DNA of 64,000 bases from Escherichia coli (GCF_029227855.1 NZ_CP074356.1); one strand, 5' to 3'; positions 16,041 to 27,870 are shown, numbered from the stretch's first letter. The notes: generated from the letters alone by a model not told the origin. Numbers and translations are program-made.

Positions 16041-18594
16041 ACCGGTAGGCGATCTGGTCGTTGATTTGAGTCTGGATGCGGCCAGATTTGACGAGCAGAT
16101 GGCCAGAGTCAGGCGTCATTTTTCCGGTACGGAAAGTGATGCGAAAAAAACAGCGGCAGTCGTTGAACAGTCGCTGAGCCGACAGGCGCTGGCTGCACAG
16201 AAAGCGGGGATTTCCGTCGGGCAGTATAAAGCCGCCATGCGTATGCTGCCTGCACAGTTCACCGACGTGGCCACGCAGCTTGCAGGGGGGCAGAATCCGT
16301 GGCTCATCCTGCTGCAACAGGGGGGGCAGGTGAAGGACTCCTTCGGCGGGATGATCCCCATGTTCAGGGGGCTTGCCGGTGCGATCACCCTGCCGATGGT
16401 GGGGGCCACCTCGCTGGCGGTGGCGACCGGTGCACTGGCGTATGCCTGGTATCAGGGCAACTCAACCCTGTCCGATTTCAACAAAACGCTGGTCCTTTCC
16501 GGCAATCAGGCGGGACTGACGGCAGATCGTATGCTGGTCCTGTCCAGAGCCGGGCAGGCGGCAGGGCTGACGTTTAACCAGACCAGCGAGTCACTCAGCG
16601 CACTGGTTAAGGCGGGGGTAAGCGGTGAGGCTCAGATTGCGTCCATCAGCCAGAGTGTGGCGCGTTTCTCCTCTGCATCCGGCGTGGAGGTGGACAAGGT
16701 CGCTGAAGCCTTCGGGAAGCTGACCACAGACTCGACGTCGGGGCTGACGGCGATGGCACGCCAGTTCCATAACGTGACGGCGGAGCAGATTGCGTATGTT
16801 GCTCAGTTGCAGCGTTCCGGCGATGAAGCCGGGGCATTGCAGGCGGCGAACGAGGCCGCAACGAAAGGGTTTGATGACCAGACCCGCCGCCTGAAAGAGA
16901 ACATGGGCACGCTGGAGACCTGGGCAGACAGGACTGCGCGGGCATTCAAATCCATGTGGGATGCGGTGCTGGATATTGGTCGTCCTGATACCGCGCAGGA
17001 GATGCTGATTAAGGCAGAGGCTGCGTTTAAGAAAGCAGACGACATCTGGAATCTGCGCAAGGATGATTATTTTGTTAACGATGAAGCGCGGGCGCGTTAC
17101 TGGGATGATCGTGAAAAGGCCCGTCTTGCGCTTGAAGCCGCCCGAAAGAAGGCTGAGCAGCAGACTCAACAGGACAAAAATGCGCAGCAGCAGAGCGATA
17201 CCGAAGCGTCACGGCTGAAATATACCGAAGAGGCGCAGAAGGCTTACGAACGGCTGCAGACGCCGCTGGAGAAATATACCGCCCGTCAGGAAGAACTGAA
17301 CAAGGCACTGAAAGACGGGAAAATCCTGCAGGCGGATTACAACACGCTGATGGCGGCGGCGAAAAAGGATTATGAAGCGACGCTGAAAAAGCCGAAACAG
17401 TCCGGCGTGAAGGTGTCTGCGGGCGATCGTCAGGAAGACAGTGCTCATGCTGCCCTGCTGACGCTTCAGGCAGAACTCCGGACGCTGGAGAAGCATGCCG
17501 GAGCAAATGAGAAAATCAGCCAGCAGCGCCGGGATTTGTGGAAGGCGGAGAGTCAGTTCGCGGTACTGGAGGAGGCGGCGCAACGTCGCCAGCTGTCTGC
17601 ACAGGAGAAATCCCTGCTGGCGCATAAAGATGAGACGCTGGAGTACAAACGCCAGCTTGCTGCACTTGGCGACAAGGTTACGTATCAGGAGCGCCTGAAC
17701 GCGCTGGCGCAGCAGGCGGATAAATTCGCACAGCAGCAACGGGCAAAACGGGCCGCCATTGATGCGAAAAGCCGGGGGCTGACTGACCGGCAGGCAGAAC
17801 GGGAAGCCACGGAACAGCGCCTGAAGGAACAGTATGGCGATAATCCGCTGGCGCTGAATAACGTCATGTCAGAGCAGAAAAAGACCTGGGCGGCTGAAGA
17901 CCAGCTTCGCGGGAACTGGATGGCAGGCCTGAAGTCCGGCTGGAGTGAGTGGGAAGAGAGCGCCACGGACAGTATGTCGCAGGTAAAAAGTGCAGCCACG
18001 CAGACCTTTGATGGTATTGCACAGAATATGGCGGCGATGCTGACCGGCAGTGAGCAGAACTGGCGCAGCTTCACCCGTTCCGTGCTGTCCATGATGACAG
18101 AAATTCTGCTTAAGCAGGCAATGGTGGGGATTGTCGGGAGTATCGGCAGCGCCATTGGCGGGGCTGTTGGTGGCGGCGCATCCGCGTCAGGCAGTACAGC
18201 CATTCAGGCCGCTGCGGCGAAATTCCATTTTGCAACCGGAGGATTTACGGGAACCGGCGGCAAATATGAGCCAGCGGGGATTGTTCACCGTGGTGAGTTT
18301 GTCTTCACGAAGGAGGCAACCAGCCGGATTGGCGTGGGGAATCTTTACCGGCTGATGCGCGGCTATGCCACTGGTGGTTATGTCGGTGGCACCGGAAGTC
18401 CGGCACAAATGCGGCGTTCAGAGGGTATCAGATTTGAGCAGAACAACAACGTGGTGATTCAGAACGACGGTACGAATGGTCTGCCAGGTCCACAGATGCT
18501 GAAGGCGGTGTATGACATGGCCCGCAAGGGTGCCCGTGATGAAATTCAGGCACAGATGCGTGATGGTGGTCTGTTCTCCGGAGGTGGACGATGA
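16033..18594 (+). CDS. H: tail tape measure protein H
   Basis: 853-aa product, same length and position as lambda gpH; coiled-coil-rich; C-terminal Gly-rich segment. Confidence 0.92.
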   Translation: MAEPVGDLVVDLSLDAARFDEQMARVRRHFSGTESDAKKTAAVVEQSLSRQALAAQKAGISVGQYKAAMRMLPAQFTDVATQLAGGQNPWLILLQQGGQVKDSFGGMIPMFRGLAGAITLPMVGATSLAVATGALAYAWYQGNSTLSDFNKTLVLSGNQAGLTADRMLVLSRAGQAAGLTFNQTSESLSALVKAGVSGEAQIASISQSVARFSSASGVEVDKVAEAFGKLTTDSTSGLTAMARQFHNVTAEQIAYVAQLQRSGDEAGALQAANEAATKGFDDQTRRLKENMGTLETWADRTARAFKSMWDAVLDIGRPDTAQEMLIKAEAAFKKADDIWNLRKDDYFVNDEARARYWDDREKARLALEAARKKAEQQTQQDKNAQQQSDTEASRLKYTEEAQKAYERLQTPLEKYTARQEELNKALKDGKILQADYNTLMAAAKKDYEATLKKPKQSGVKVSAGDRQEDSAHAALLTLQAELRTLEKHAGANEKISQQRRDLWKAESQFAVLEEAAQRRQLSAQEKSLLAHKDETLEYKRQLAALGDKVTYQERLNALAQQADKFAQQQRAKRAAIDAKSRGLTDRQAEREATEQRLKEQYGDNPLALNNVMSEQKKTWAAEDQLRGNWMAGLKSGWSEWEESATDSMSQVKSAATQTFDGIAQNMAAMLTGSEQNWRSFTRSVLSMMTEILLKQAMVGIVGSIGSAIGGAVGGGASASGSTAIQAAAAKFHFATGGFTGTGGKYEPAGIVHRGEFVFTKEATSRIGVGNLYRLMRGYATGGYVGGTGSPAQMRRSEGIRFEQNNNVVIQNDGTNGLPGPQMLKAVYDMARKGARDEIQAQMRDGGLFSGGGR

Positions 18595-18920
18595 AAACCT
18601 TCCGCTGGAAAGTGAAACCCGGTATGGATGTGGCTTCGGCCCCTTCCGTAAGAAAGGTGCGCTTTGGTGATGGCTATTCCCAGCGAGCGCCTGCCGGGCT
18701 GAACGCTGACCTGAAAACGTACAGCGTGACGCTTTCTGTTCACCGTTGGGAGGCCACGGCGCTGGAGTCGTTTCTGGCTGAGCACGGGGGCTGGAAGGCC
18801 TTTCTGTGGACGCCGCCTTATGAGTGGCGGCAGATAAAGGTGACCTGCGCAAAATGGACGTCGCGGGTCAGTATGCTGCGTGTTGAGTTCAGCGCAGAGT
18901 TTGAACAGGTGGTGAACTGA
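18591..18920 (+). CDS. M: tail tip protein M
   Basis: 109-aa product at the lambda M position with matching length. Confidence 0.88.
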   Translation: MKTFRWKVKPGMDVASAPSVRKVRFGDGYSQRAPAGLNADLKTYSVTLSVHRWEATALESFLAEHGGWKAFLWTPPYEWRQIKVTCAKWTSRVSMLRVEFSAEFEQVVN

Positions 18921-19618
18921 TGCAGGATATCCGGCAGGAAACACTGAATGAATGCACCCGTGCGGAGCAGTCGGCCAGCGTGGTGCTCTGGGAAATCGAT
19001 CTGACAGAGGTCGGTGGAGAACGTTATTTTTTCTGTAATGAGCAGAACGAAAAAGGTGAGCCGGTCACCTGGCAGGGGCGGCAGTATCTGGCGTATCCCA
19101 TTCAGGGGAGTGGTTTTGAACTGAATGGCAAAGGCACCAGTACGCGCCCCATGCTGGCAGTCTCTAACCTGTACGGCATGGTCACCGGGATGGCGGAAGA
19201 CCTGCAGAGTCTGGTCGGCGGAACGGTGGTCAGGCGTAAGGTTTACGCCCGTTTTCTGGATGCGGTGAACTTCGTCAACGGAAACAGCGATGCCGATCCG
19301 GAGCAGGAGGTGATCAGCCGCTGGCGCATCGAACAGTGCAGCGAACTGAGCGCGGTCAGTGCCTCTTTTGTACTGTCCACACCGACGGAAACGGACGGCG
19401 CTGTTTTTCCGGGGCGCATCATGCTGGCCAACACCTGCACCTGGACCTATCGCGGTGATGAGTGCGGTTATAACGGTCCGGCGGTCGCGGATGAATATGA
19501 CCAGCCGACGTCCGATATCACGAAGGATAAATGCAGCAAATGCCTGAGTGGCTGTAAGTTTCGCAATAATGTCGGCAACTTTGGCGGCTTCCTTTCCATT
19601 AACAAACTTTCGCAGTAA
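18920..19618 (+). CDS. L: tail tip protein L
   Basis: 232-aa product at the lambda L position with matching length. Confidence 0.88.
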   Translation: MQDIRQETLNECTRAEQSASVVLWEIDLTEVGGERYFFCNEQNEKGEPVTWQGRQYLAYPIQGSGFELNGKGTSTRPMLAVSNLYGMVTGMAEDLQSLVGGTVVRRKVYARFLDAVNFVNGNSDADPEQEVISRWRIEQCSELSAVSASFVLSTPTETDGAVFPGRIMLANTCTWTYRGDECGYNGPAVADEYDQPTSDITKDKCSKCLSGCKFRNNVGNFGGFLSINKLSQ

Positions 19619-19623
19619 ATCCC

Positions 19624-20367
19624 ATGACAGAGACAGAATCAGCGATTCTGGCGCACGCCCGGCGATGTGCGCCAGCGGAGTCGTGCGGCTTCGTGGTGAG
19701 AACGCCGGAAGGGGAAAGATATTTTCCCTGCGTGAATATCTCCGGTGAGCCGGAGGCGTATTTCCGGATGTCGCCGGAGGACTGGCTGCGGGCAGAGATG
19801 CAGGGTGAGATTGTGGCGCTGGTCCACAGCCACCCCGGTGGCCTGCCCTGGCTGAGTGAGGCTGACAGGCGGCTGCAGGTGCAGAGCGATTTGCCTTGGT
19901 GGCTGGTCTGCCGGGGTGAGATTCATAAATTCCGCTGTGTGCCGCATCTTACCGGGCGGCGCTTTGAGCACGGGGCGACGGACTGTTACACGCTGTTCCG
20001 GGATGCTTATCATCTGGCGGGGATTGAGATGCCGGACTTTCATCGTGAGGATGACTGGTGGTGTAACGGCCAGAATCTCTATCTGGATAATCTGGAGGCC
20101 ACAGGGCTGTATCAGGTGCCGTTGTCAGCGGCGCAGCCGGGCGATGTGCTGCTGTGCTGTTTTGGTTCATCGGTGCCGAATCATGCCGCCATTTACTGCG
20201 GCGACGGTGAGCTGTTGCACCATATTCCTGAACAACTGAGCAAACGAGAGAGGTATACCGACAAATGGCAGCGACGCACACACTCCCTCTGGCGTCACCG
20301 GGCATGGCACGCATCTGCCTTTACGGGGATTTACAACGATTTGGCCGCCGCATCGACCTTCGTGTAA
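19624..20367 (+). CDS. K: tail tip assembly protein K (Mov34/JAB plus NlpC/P60-like)
   Basis: 247-aa ORF; the classical lambda K start would correspond to the internal ATG at 19768; contains HSHP metal-binding-like motif. Confidence 0.8.
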   Translation: MTETESAILAHARRCAPAESCGFVVRTPEGERYFPCVNISGEPEAYFRMSPEDWLRAEMQGEIVALVHSHPGGLPWLSEADRRLQVQSDLPWWLVCRGEIHKFRCVPHLTGRRFEHGATDCYTLFRDAYHLAGIEMPDFHREDDWWCNGQNLYLDNLEATGLYQVPLSAAQPGDVLLCCFGSSVPNHAAIYCGDGELLHHIPEQLSKRERYTDKWQRRTHSLWRHRAWHASAFTGIYNDLAAASTFV

Positions 20368-20912
20368 AAACGGGGGCTGAAGCCATCCGGGCGTTGTCCA
20401 CACAGCTCCCGGCGTTTCGTCAGGAACTGAATGACGGCTGGTATCAGGTGCGCATTGCCGGGCGTGATGCAGGTGAAACCGAATTATCTGCCCGTCTTAA
20501 TGAGCCGCTGGCAAATGGTGCCGTGATCCACATCGTGCCGCGTCTGGCGGGAGCTAAAAGTGGCGGTGTGTTTCAGGTGGTGCTGGGGGCGGCGCTGATT
20601 GCGGTGGCATGGTGGAACCCTGTGGGCTGGCTGGGAGCCGCGGCTGTATCGGGTATGTATGCGGCAGGGGCCAGTATGATCCTGGGCGGAGTGGCGCAGA
20701 TGCTGGCACCGAAAGCCAGGACGCCCACGGCAGCAAGTACAGATAACGGCAAACAGAACACCTATTTCTCCTCACTGGATAACATGGTTGCCCAGGGCAA
20801 TGTTCTGCCCGTTCTGTACGGTGAAATGCGCGTGGGGTCGCGGGTGGTCTCTCAGGAGATCAGCACGGCAGACGAAGGGGATGGTGGTCAGGTTGTGGTG
20901 ATTGGCCGCTGA
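20265..20912 (+). CDS. I: tail tip assembly protein I
   Basis: Product MAATHTLPLASPGMARICLYGDLQRFGRRIDLRVKTG... matches lambda gpI; overlaps the K 3' end as in lambda. Confidence 0.88.
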   Translation: MAATHTLPLASPGMARICLYGDLQRFGRRIDLRVKTGAEAIRALSTQLPAFRQELNDGWYQVRIAGRDAGETELSARLNEPLANGAVIHIVPRLAGAKSGGVFQVVLGAALIAVAWWNPVGWLGAAAVSGMYAAGASMILGGVAQMLAPKARTPTAASTDNGKQNTYFSSLDNMVAQGNVLPVLYGEMRVGSRVVSQEISTADEGDGGQVVVIGR

Positions 20913-20972
20913 TGCAAAATATTTCATGTGAAACCGCCTCCGGGCGGTTTTGTCGTTTATGGAGTATGACGA

Positions 20973-23900
20973 ATGGGCAAAGGAAGCAGTAAGGGGCATA
21001 CCCCGCGCGAAGCGAAGGACAACCTGAAGTCCACGCAACTGCTGAGTGTGATTGATGCCATCAGCGAAGGGCCGATTGAAGGTCCGGTGGATGGATTAAA
21101 AAGCGTGCTGCTGAACAGTACGCCAGTGCTGGACACTGAGGGGAATACCAACATCTCCGGCGTCACGGTGGTGTTCCGGGCCGGTGAGCAGGAGCAGACA
21201 CCGCCGGAGGGATTTGAATCCTCCGGCTCCGAGACGGTGCTGGGTACGGAAGTGAAATACGACACGCCGATCACCCGGACCATCACGTCGGCAAACATTG
21301 ACCGACTGCGTTTTACCTTCGGCGTGCAGGCACTGGTGGAAACCACCTCAAAGGGGGACAGGAATCCGTCGGAAGTCCGCCTGCTGGTTCAGATACAACG
21401 TAACGGTGGCTGGGTGACGGAAAAAGACATCACCATTAAAGGCAAAACCACCTCACAGTATCTGGCCTCGGTGGTGGTGGGTAACCTGCCGCCGCGCCCG
21501 TTCAATATCCGGATGCGCAGGATGACGCCGGACAGCACCACAGACCAACTGCAGAACAAAACGCTCTGGTCGTCATACACCGAAATCATCGATGTGAAAC
21601 AGTGCTACCCGAACACGGCACTGGTTGGCGTGCAGGTGGACTCGGAGCAGTTCGGCAGCCAGCAGGTGAGCCGTAATTATCATCTTCGCGGGCGCATTCT
21701 GCAGGTGCCGTCGAACTATAACCCGCAGACGCGGCAATACAGCGGTATCTGGGACGGAACGTTAAAACCGGCATACAGCAACAACATGGCCTGGTGTCTG
21801 TGGGATATGCTGACCCATCCGCGCTACGGCATGGGGAAACGTCTTGGTGCGGCGGATGTGGATAAATGGGCGCTGTATGTCATCGGCCAGAATTGCGACC
21901 AGTCAGTGCCGGACGGCTTTGGCGGCACGGAGCCACGCATCACCTGTAATGCATACCTGGCCACACAGCGCAAGGCGTGGGATGTGCTCAGTGATTTCTG
22001 CTCGGCGATGCGCTGTATGCCGGTATGGAACGGGCAGACGCTGACGTTCGTGCAGGACCGACCGTCCGATAAGGTGTGGACCTATAACCGCAGTAATGTG
22101 GTGATGCCGGATGATGGCGCGCCGTTCCGCTACAGCTTCAGCGCCCTGAAGGACCGCCATAATGCCGTTGAGGTGAACTGGATTGACCCGGATAACGGCT
22201 GGGAGACGGCGACAGAGCTTGTGGAGGACACGCAGGCCATTGCCCGTTACGGTCGTAACGTCACGAAAATGGATGCTTTTGGCTGTACCAGCCGGGGGCA
22301 GGCACACCGCGCCGGGCTGTGGCTGATTAAAACGGAGCTGCTGGAAACGCAGACCGTGGACTTCAGCGTGGGCGCAGAAGGGCTGCGCCATGTACCGGGT
22401 GATGTTATTGAAATCTGCGATGATGACTATGCGGGGATCAGCATTGGCGGGCGCGTGCTGGCGGTGAACAGCCAGACCCGGACGCTGACGCTCGACCGTG
22501 AAATCACGCTGCCATCCTCCGGTACCACGCTGATAAGCCTGGTTGACGGAAGTGGCAATCCGGTCAGCGTGGAGGTTCAGTCCGTCACCGACGGCGTGAA
22601 GGTAAAAGTGAGCCGTGTTCCTGACGGCGTTGCCGGATACAGCGTATGGGGGCTGAAGCTGCCGACGCTGCGCCAGCGCCTGTTCCGCTGCGTGAGTATC
22701 CGTGAGAACGACGACGGCACGTATGCCATCACCGCCGTGCAGCATGTGCCGGAAAAAGAGGCCATCGTGGATAACGGGGCGCACTTTGACGGCGAACAGA
22801 GTGGCACGGTGAATGGTGTCACGCCGCCAGCGGTGCAGCACCTGACCGCAGAAGTCACTGCAGACAGCGGGGAATATCAGGTGCTGGCGCGATGGGACAC
22901 ACCGAAGGTGGTGAAGGGCGTGAGCTTCCTGCTCCGTCTGACCGTAACAGCGGACGACGGCAGTGAGCGGCTGGTCAGCACGGCCCGGACGACGGAAACA
23001 ACATACCGCTTCAGGCAGCTGGCGCTGGGGAACTACAGGCTGACAGTCCGGGCAGTAAATGCCTGGGGGCAGCAGGGAGACCCGGCGTCGGTATCGTTCC
23101 GGATTGCCGCACCGGCAGCGCCGTCACAGATTGAGCTGACTCCGGGCTATTTTCAGATAACCGCCACGCCGCATCTTGCGGTTTATGATCCGACGGTACA
23201 GTTTGAGTTCTGGTTCTCGGAAAAGCGGATTGCGGATATCAGGCAGGTTGAAACCACAGCACGCTATCTTGGCACGGCGCTGTACTGGATAGCCGCCAGT
23301 ATCAATATCAAACCGGGCCATGATTATTATTTTTACATCCGCAGTGTGAACACCGTTGGCAAATCGGCATTTGTGGAGGCTGTTGGCCAGCCGAGTGATG
23401 ATGCATCCGGCTATCTGAATTTTTTCAAAGGAGAGATAGGGAAAACCCATCTGGCTCAGGAGCTGTGGACGCAGATTGATAACGGTCAGCTTGCGCCTGA
23501 CCTGGCGGAAATCAGAACGTCCATCACGGATGTCAGTAATGAAATCACGCAGACCGTCAATAAGAAACTGGAAGACCAGAGTGCGGCAATCCAGCAGATA
23601 CAGAAGGTTCAGGTTGATACAAATAATAACCTGAACAGCATGTGGGCTGTGAAGCTGCAGCAGATGCAGGACGGACGCCTTTATATCGCGGGTATTGGTG
23701 CCGGTATTGAGAATACCCCTGACGGTATGCAGAGTCAGGTGCTGCTGGCGGCGGACAGGATTGCGATGATTAATCCTGCGAATGGCAACACAAAACCGAT
23801 GTTTGTTGGTCAGGGCGATCAGATATTCATGAACGAAGTGTTCCTGAAATATCTGACGGCTCCCACCATTACCAGCGGCGGTAATCCTCCGGCATTTTCC

Positions 23901-24452
23901 CTGACACCGGACGGGCGGCTGACGGCGAAAAATGCCGATATTAGCGGTAACGTGAATGCGAACTCCGGGACGCTCAACAACGTCACGATTAACGAGAACT
24001 GCCGGGTTCTGGGAAAACTGTCCGCGAACCAGATTGAAGGCGATCTCGTTAAAACAGTGGGCAAAGCTTTCCCCCGGGACTCCCGTGCACCGGAACGGTG
24101 GCCATCAGGGACCATTACCGTCAGGGTTTATGACGATCAGCCGTTTGACCGGCAGATTGTTATTCCGGCGGTGGCATTCAGCGGCGCTAAACATGAGAGA
24201 GAGCATACTGATATTTACTCCTCATGCCGTCTGATAGTGCGGAAAAACGGTGCTGAAATTTATAACCGTACCGCGCTGGATAATACGCTGATTTACAGTG
24301 GCGTTATTGATATGCCTGCCGGTCACGGTCACATGACGCTGGAGTTTTCGGTGTCAGCATGGCTGGTAAATGACTGGTATCCCACAGCAAGTATCAGCGA
24401 TCTGCTGGTTGTGGTGATGAAGAAAGCCACCGCAGGCATCAGTATCAGCTGA
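20973..24452 (+). CDS. J: central tail fibre / host specificity protein J
   Basis: 1159-aa product at the lambda J position with a lambda-like N-terminus. Confidence 0.92.
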   Translation: MGKGSSKGHTPREAKDNLKSTQLLSVIDAISEGPIEGPVDGLKSVLLNSTPVLDTEGNTNISGVTVVFRAGEQEQTPPEGFESSGSETVLGTEVKYDTPITRTITSANIDRLRFTFGVQALVETTSKGDRNPSEVRLLVQIQRNGGWVTEKDITIKGKTTSQYLASVVVGNLPPRPFNIRMRRMTPDSTTDQLQNKTLWSSYTEIIDVKQCYPNTALVGVQVDSEQFGSQQVSRNYHLRGRILQVPSNYNPQTRQYSGIWDGTLKPAYSNNMAWCLWDMLTHPRYGMGKRLGAADVDKWALYVIGQNCDQSVPDGFGGTEPRITCNAYLATQRKAWDVLSDFCSAMRCMPVWNGQTLTFVQDRPSDKVWTYNRSNVVMPDDGAPFRYSFSALKDRHNAVEVNWIDPDNGWETATELVEDTQAIARYGRNVTKMDAFGCTSRGQAHRAGLWLIKTELLETQTVDFSVGAEGLRHVPGDVIEICDDDYAGISIGGRVLAVNSQTRTLTLDREITLPSSGTTLISLVDGSGNPVSVEVQSVTDGVKVKVSRVPDGVAGYSVWGLKLPTLRQRLFRCVSIRENDDGTYAITAVQHVPEKEAIVDNGAHFDGEQSGTVNGVTPPAVQHLTAEVTADSGEYQVLARWDTPKVVKGVSFLLRLTVTADDGSERLVSTARTTETTYRFRQLALGNYRLTVRAVNAWGQQGDPASVSFRIAAPAAPSQIELTPGYFQITATPHLAVYDPTVQFEFWFSEKRIADIRQVETTARYLGTALYWIAASINIKPGHDYYFYIRSVNTVGKSAFVEAVGQPSDDASGYLNFFKGEIGKTHLAQELWTQIDNGQLAPDLAEIRTSITDVSNEITQTVNKKLEDQSAAIQQIQKVQVDTNNNLNSMWAVKLQQMQDGRLYIAGIGAGIENTPDGMQSQVLLAADRIAMINPANGNTKPMFVGQGDQIFMNEVFLKYLTAPTITSGGNPPAFSLTPDGRLTAKNADISGNVNANSGTLNNVTINENCRVLGKLSANQIEGDLVKTVGKAFPRDSRAPERWPSGTITVRVYDDQPFDRQIVIPAVAFSGAKHEREHTDIYSSCRLIVRKNGAEIYNRTALDNTLIYSGVIDMPAGHGHMTLEFSVSAWLVNDWYPTASISDLLVVVMKKATAGISIS

Positions 24453-24471
24453 ATTTTATAACCCATATACG

Positions 24472-24496
24472 GGCGCCAGAAATGGCGCCTTTTTTA
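24472..24496 (+). terminator. rho-independent terminator downstream of J
   Basis: GGCGCCA-GAAA-TGGCGCC hairpin followed by TTTTTTT. Confidence 0.7.
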
Positions 24497-24519
24497 TTGC
24501 AGAAAAGCGAGAGGTAATT

Positions 24520-25119
24520 ATGCGTAAAGTTTGTGCCGCCATTTTTTCCGCAGCCATTTGTCTGGCCGTATCCGGTGCGCCTGCATGGGCATCTGAACAT
24601 CAGTCCACGCTGAGCGCGGGGTATCTTCATGCCTCGACGAACGTTCCCGGCAGCGATGATCTGAACGGGATTAACGTGAAATACCGTTATGAGTTTACGG
24701 ACACACTGGGGATGGTGACGTCATTCAGCTATGCAGGAGACAAGAATCGCCAGCTTACCCGTTACAGCGATACCCGCTGGCATGAAGATTCCGTGCGTAA
24801 CCGCTGGTTCAGCGTGATGGTGGGGCCGTCTGTGCGCGTGAATGAATGGTTCAGCGCGTATGCGATGGCGGGTATGGCTTACAGCCGTGTTTCGACTTTC
24901 TCCGGAGATTATATCCGCGTAACTGACAACAAGGGGAAAACGCACGATGTGCTGACCGGAAGTGATGACGGTCGCCACAGCGACACGTCTCTGGCATGGG
25001 GGGCTGGCGTGCAGTTTAACCCGACCGAATCCGTGGCCATTGATATTGCTTATGAAGGTTCCGGCAGTGGCGACTGGCGCACTGACGGTTTCATCGTGGG
25101 TGTCGGTTATAAATTCTGA
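24520..25119 (+). CDS. lom: outer membrane protein Lom (Ail/PagC family)
   Basis: 199-aa product with signal peptide and beta-barrel pattern, at the lambda lom position. Confidence 0.85.
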
Positions 25120-25146
25120 TTAGCCAGATAACACAGTGTTATGACA

Positions 25147-25172
25147 GCCCGCCGGTTCAGGCGGGCTTTTTT
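25147..25172 (+). terminator. rho-independent terminator downstream of lom
   Basis: GCCCGCC-GGTTCA-GGCGGGC hairpin followed by TTTTTT. Confidence 0.75.
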
Positions 25173-25177
25173 GTGGA

Positions 25178-27583
25178 GTGGATATGGCAGCAGTAAAAAT
25201 CTCAGGTGTGCTGAAAGATGGTGCGGGAAAACCAATACAGAACTGCACTATTCAACTGAAGGCAAAGCGTAACAGCACCACGGTACTGGTGAACACGGTG
25301 GCCTCTGAAAATCCGGATGAAGCCGGGCGTTACAGCATGGATGTTGAGTATGGCCAGTACAGCGTCACCCTGCTGGTTGAAGGTTTTCCGCCTTCGCATG
25401 CCGGGACCATTACCGTCTATGAAGGTTCCAGACCAGGTACGCTGAATGATTTTCTCGGTGCCATGACGGAAGAGGATGTCATGCCGGAGGCATTGCGCCG
25501 TTTTGAGGAAATGGTGGAAGAAGCGGCACGCAACGCCGAAGCCGCCTCTCAGAGCGCAGCGGCGGCAAAGAAATCCGAAACGGCTGCGGCATCATCGAAG
25601 AACGCGGCGAAAACCTCAGAAACGAATGCAGCTAATAGTGCACAGGCGGCAGCGACCTCAAAGACTGCATCGGCAAACTCCGCGACAGCAGCCAAAAAAT
25701 CAGAAACCAACGCGAAAAATAGCGAGACAGCCGCAAAGACGAGCGAAACCAACGCAAAGTCCAGCCAGACGGCAGCGAAAACCAGCGAAACGAATGCCAA
25801 AGCCAGTGAAACTGCGGCAAAAAACAGCCAGGTTGCAGCAGCCCAAAGCGAGAGCGCGGCAGCCGGTTCTGCGACTTCAGCAGCTGGATCAGCAACTGCT
25901 GCGGCTAACAGCCAGAAAGCTGCGAAGACGAGTGAAACTAACGCAAAGTCCAGCCAGACGGCAGCGAAGACCAGCGAAACGAATGCCAAAGCCAGCGAAA
26001 CTGCGGCGAAAAACAGCCAGGTTGCAGCAGCCCAAAGCGAGAGCGCGGCAGCTGGTTCTGCAAGCGCGGCGGCTGCTTCTGCCACTGCATCAGCCAACAG
26101 TCAAAAAGCGGCAAAAACCAGTGAAACCAATGCAAAGACAAGCGAGACTGCAGCGGCGAACTCGGCGAAAGCATCGGCAGCAAGCCAGACAGCAGCTAAA
26201 GCAAGTGAAGACGCAGCCAGAGAGTATGCAAGTCAGGCAGCAGAGCCGTATAAATATGTCTTACAGCCACTGCCTGATGTGTGGATACCGTTTAACGATT
26301 CACTGGATATGATTACGGGCTTTTCGCCGTCATATAAAAAAATTGTTATTGGTGATGATGAAATAACGATGCCTGGCGACAAGGTTGTTAAGTTTAAACG
26401 CGCATCAACTGCCACATATATCAATAAATCAGGCGTATTTAGTGTTGCTAAAATTGATGAGCCACGATTTGAAAAAGAAGGTTTATTGATTGAAGGACAG
26501 CGCACTAACTATTTTGTTAAATCCAATACTCCCGCTGAATGGACGAGTACCAGCAATATCGATAAAACTAATAATGGTGTTGATGAATTTGGTTTTTCAT
26601 ATGCCAAAATGCGAACAAAAGATAATATGACAGGACAATCATCTGCACTTAGTCTGCATACATGCAGTGCATCCCGGGGGATTGATGTTAGTGGCGATAA
26701 TAAGTATTGCACTGTTTCATGCAGGGTTAAAGCTCCTGATGGTCTTCGTTGTCGTTTGCGTTTTGAAAAATACGATGGGTCGGTTTATACATTTTTAGGA
26801 GATGCTTATTTAACTTTCGGAACTCTGATAATAGAAAAAACTGGCGGAGCAGCCAATAGAATAGCAGCTACTGCAACTAAAGATCCGGTTACAGGGTGGA
26901 TTTTCTATGAGGCAACTATAGAAGCTGTTGAAGGTGAAGCCTTAATTGGCGCAATGATTCAGTATGCGCCGAAAAAAGGTGGTATAACTGAAGCGGGAGA
27001 TTATATTTACCTTGCAACACCACAATTTGAAAACGGCGGATGTGCTTCATCTTTTGTTATTACGACAACTGCACCCGCAACCCGCTCCAGTGATATGGTG
27101 ACGATCCCAACTGAAAATAATATCTATAATAGACCGCTTACGTGTCTTGTCGAGGTCAATAGAAATTGGGGCGATATTCCTCCTAATGTAGCACCGCGTA
27201 TTTTTGATTTTTCTGGTGTGCCACCTATTGAGTCAATTACATACGCTTTTAACACAACTGAGAAATATTACGGTCAGCTTTATATACAAACTTATAAAGC
27301 GTCGACAAGTACTTACGTTTCTAGTGTGTTTGCTGGTCGAACTGATGTTCGAAAATTCATTGGTGGTTTTAATATTTATTCTGATGGTACTAAACGAGTA
27401 GTTTCTAACGGTGAGGCTACTAAAACTATGAAAACGGAGTGGACGGGCGTAAAAACACGGACCTTTATTCGAATTGGAGGTCAAGCCACATCGGGAACTC
27501 GTCATCTATTCGGCCATTTGAGAAATCTTCGTCTCTGGCATAAAGAATTAACTGATGCGCAAATGGGGGAGAGTATTAAATGA
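25178..27583 (+). CDS. stf: side tail fibre protein (Stf-like) with a divergent AT-rich C-terminal receptor-binding region
   Basis: 801-aa product; lambda Stf-like N-terminus (MAVKISGVLKDGAGKPIQNCTIQLKAKRN...); Ala/Lys/Ser/Thr-rich repeats; C-terminal half has different composition. Confidence 0.85.
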   Translation: MDMAAVKISGVLKDGAGKPIQNCTIQLKAKRNSTTVLVNTVASENPDEAGRYSMDVEYGQYSVTLLVEGFPPSHAGTITVYEGSRPGTLNDFLGAMTEEDVMPEALRRFEEMVEEAARNAEAASQSAAAAKKSETAAASSKNAAKTSETNAANSAQAAATSKTASANSATAAKKSETNAKNSETAAKTSETNAKSSQTAAKTSETNAKASETAAKNSQVAAAQSESAAAGSATSAAGSATAAANSQKAAKTSETNAKSSQTAAKTSETNAKASETAAKNSQVAAAQSESAAAGSASAAAASATASANSQKAAKTSETNAKTSETAAANSAKASAASQTAAKASEDAAREYASQAAEPYKYVLQPLPDVWIPFNDSLDMITGFSPSYKKIVIGDDEITMPGDKVVKFKRASTATYINKSGVFSVAKIDEPRFEKEGLLIEGQRTNYFVKSNTPAEWTSTSNIDKTNNGVDEFGFSYAKMRTKDNMTGQSSALSLHTCSASRGIDVSGDNKYCTVSCRVKAPDGLRCRLRFEKYDGSVYTFLGDAYLTFGTLIIEKTGGAANRIAATATKDPVTGWIFYEATIEAVEGEALIGAMIQYAPKKGGITEAGDYIYLATPQFENGGCASSFVITTTAPATRSSDMVTIPTENNIYNRPLTCLVEVNRNWGDIPPNVAPRIFDFSGVPPIESITYAFNTTEKYYGQLYIQTYKASTSTYVSSVFAGRTDVRKFIGGFNIYSDGTKRVVSNGEATKTMKTEWTGVKTRTFIRIGGQATSGTRHLFGHLRNLRLWHKELTDAQMGESIK
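25560..26220 (+). repeat. intragenic tandem repeats within stf (about 186-bp unit duplicated at about 25735-25920 and 25921-26106, plus shorter degenerate repeats)
   Basis: Near-identical DNA blocks encoding ...KTSETNAKSSQTAAKTSETNAKASETAAKNSQVAAAQSESAAAGSA... twice. Confidence 0.8.
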
Positions 27584-27861
27584 AAGATTTAACACTCAAA
27601 TTTGCAGACAGGGCCGACTTTTCGGCCTTTATGGAGAGCATTGGCTATTATGATGACGAGTCGATGCAGGATGATATTCTTATTGACGTGATAGGTAATG
27701 TGTACAAAGAAACCGGAGAACTGACTGAAGATGGCGAACCGGTATGTGTTAAGGAAGACGGATATTTTGTAAACGTGCGCATCATTAATGATTCGCAAAT
27801 ATCGTCAATATTCGATGAATACGTGGTTGCTGTTGAGCATCAACTTCGTGGCTGGATGTGA
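27580..27861 (+). CDS. hypothetical protein (93 aa) between the two tail fibre genes
   Basis: ORF starting at the stf stop overlap (ATGA); acidic product; function not assignable. Confidence 0.45.
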   Translation: MKDLTLKFADRADFSAFMESIGYYDDESMQDDILIDVIGNVYKETGELTEDGEPVCVKEDGYFVNVRIINDSQISSIFDEYVVAVEHQLRGWM

Positions 27862-27870
27862 GGAAGAAAA

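Noticed and set aside
16591-18203. Several antisense ORFs of 140-190 aa inside tape measure gene H
   Set aside because: Fully embedded antisense to a well-supported lambda-type H gene in GC-rich repetitive coding sequence.
21903-22841. 312-aa antisense ORF inside J
   Set aside because: Embedded antisense to the J coding frame, with no start context or homology.
25476-26312. Long alternative-frame and antisense ORFs (25476-26312, 25549-26097) overlapping the stf repeat region
   Set aside because: Produced by low-complexity repeats; the stf frame is continuous and lambda-like.
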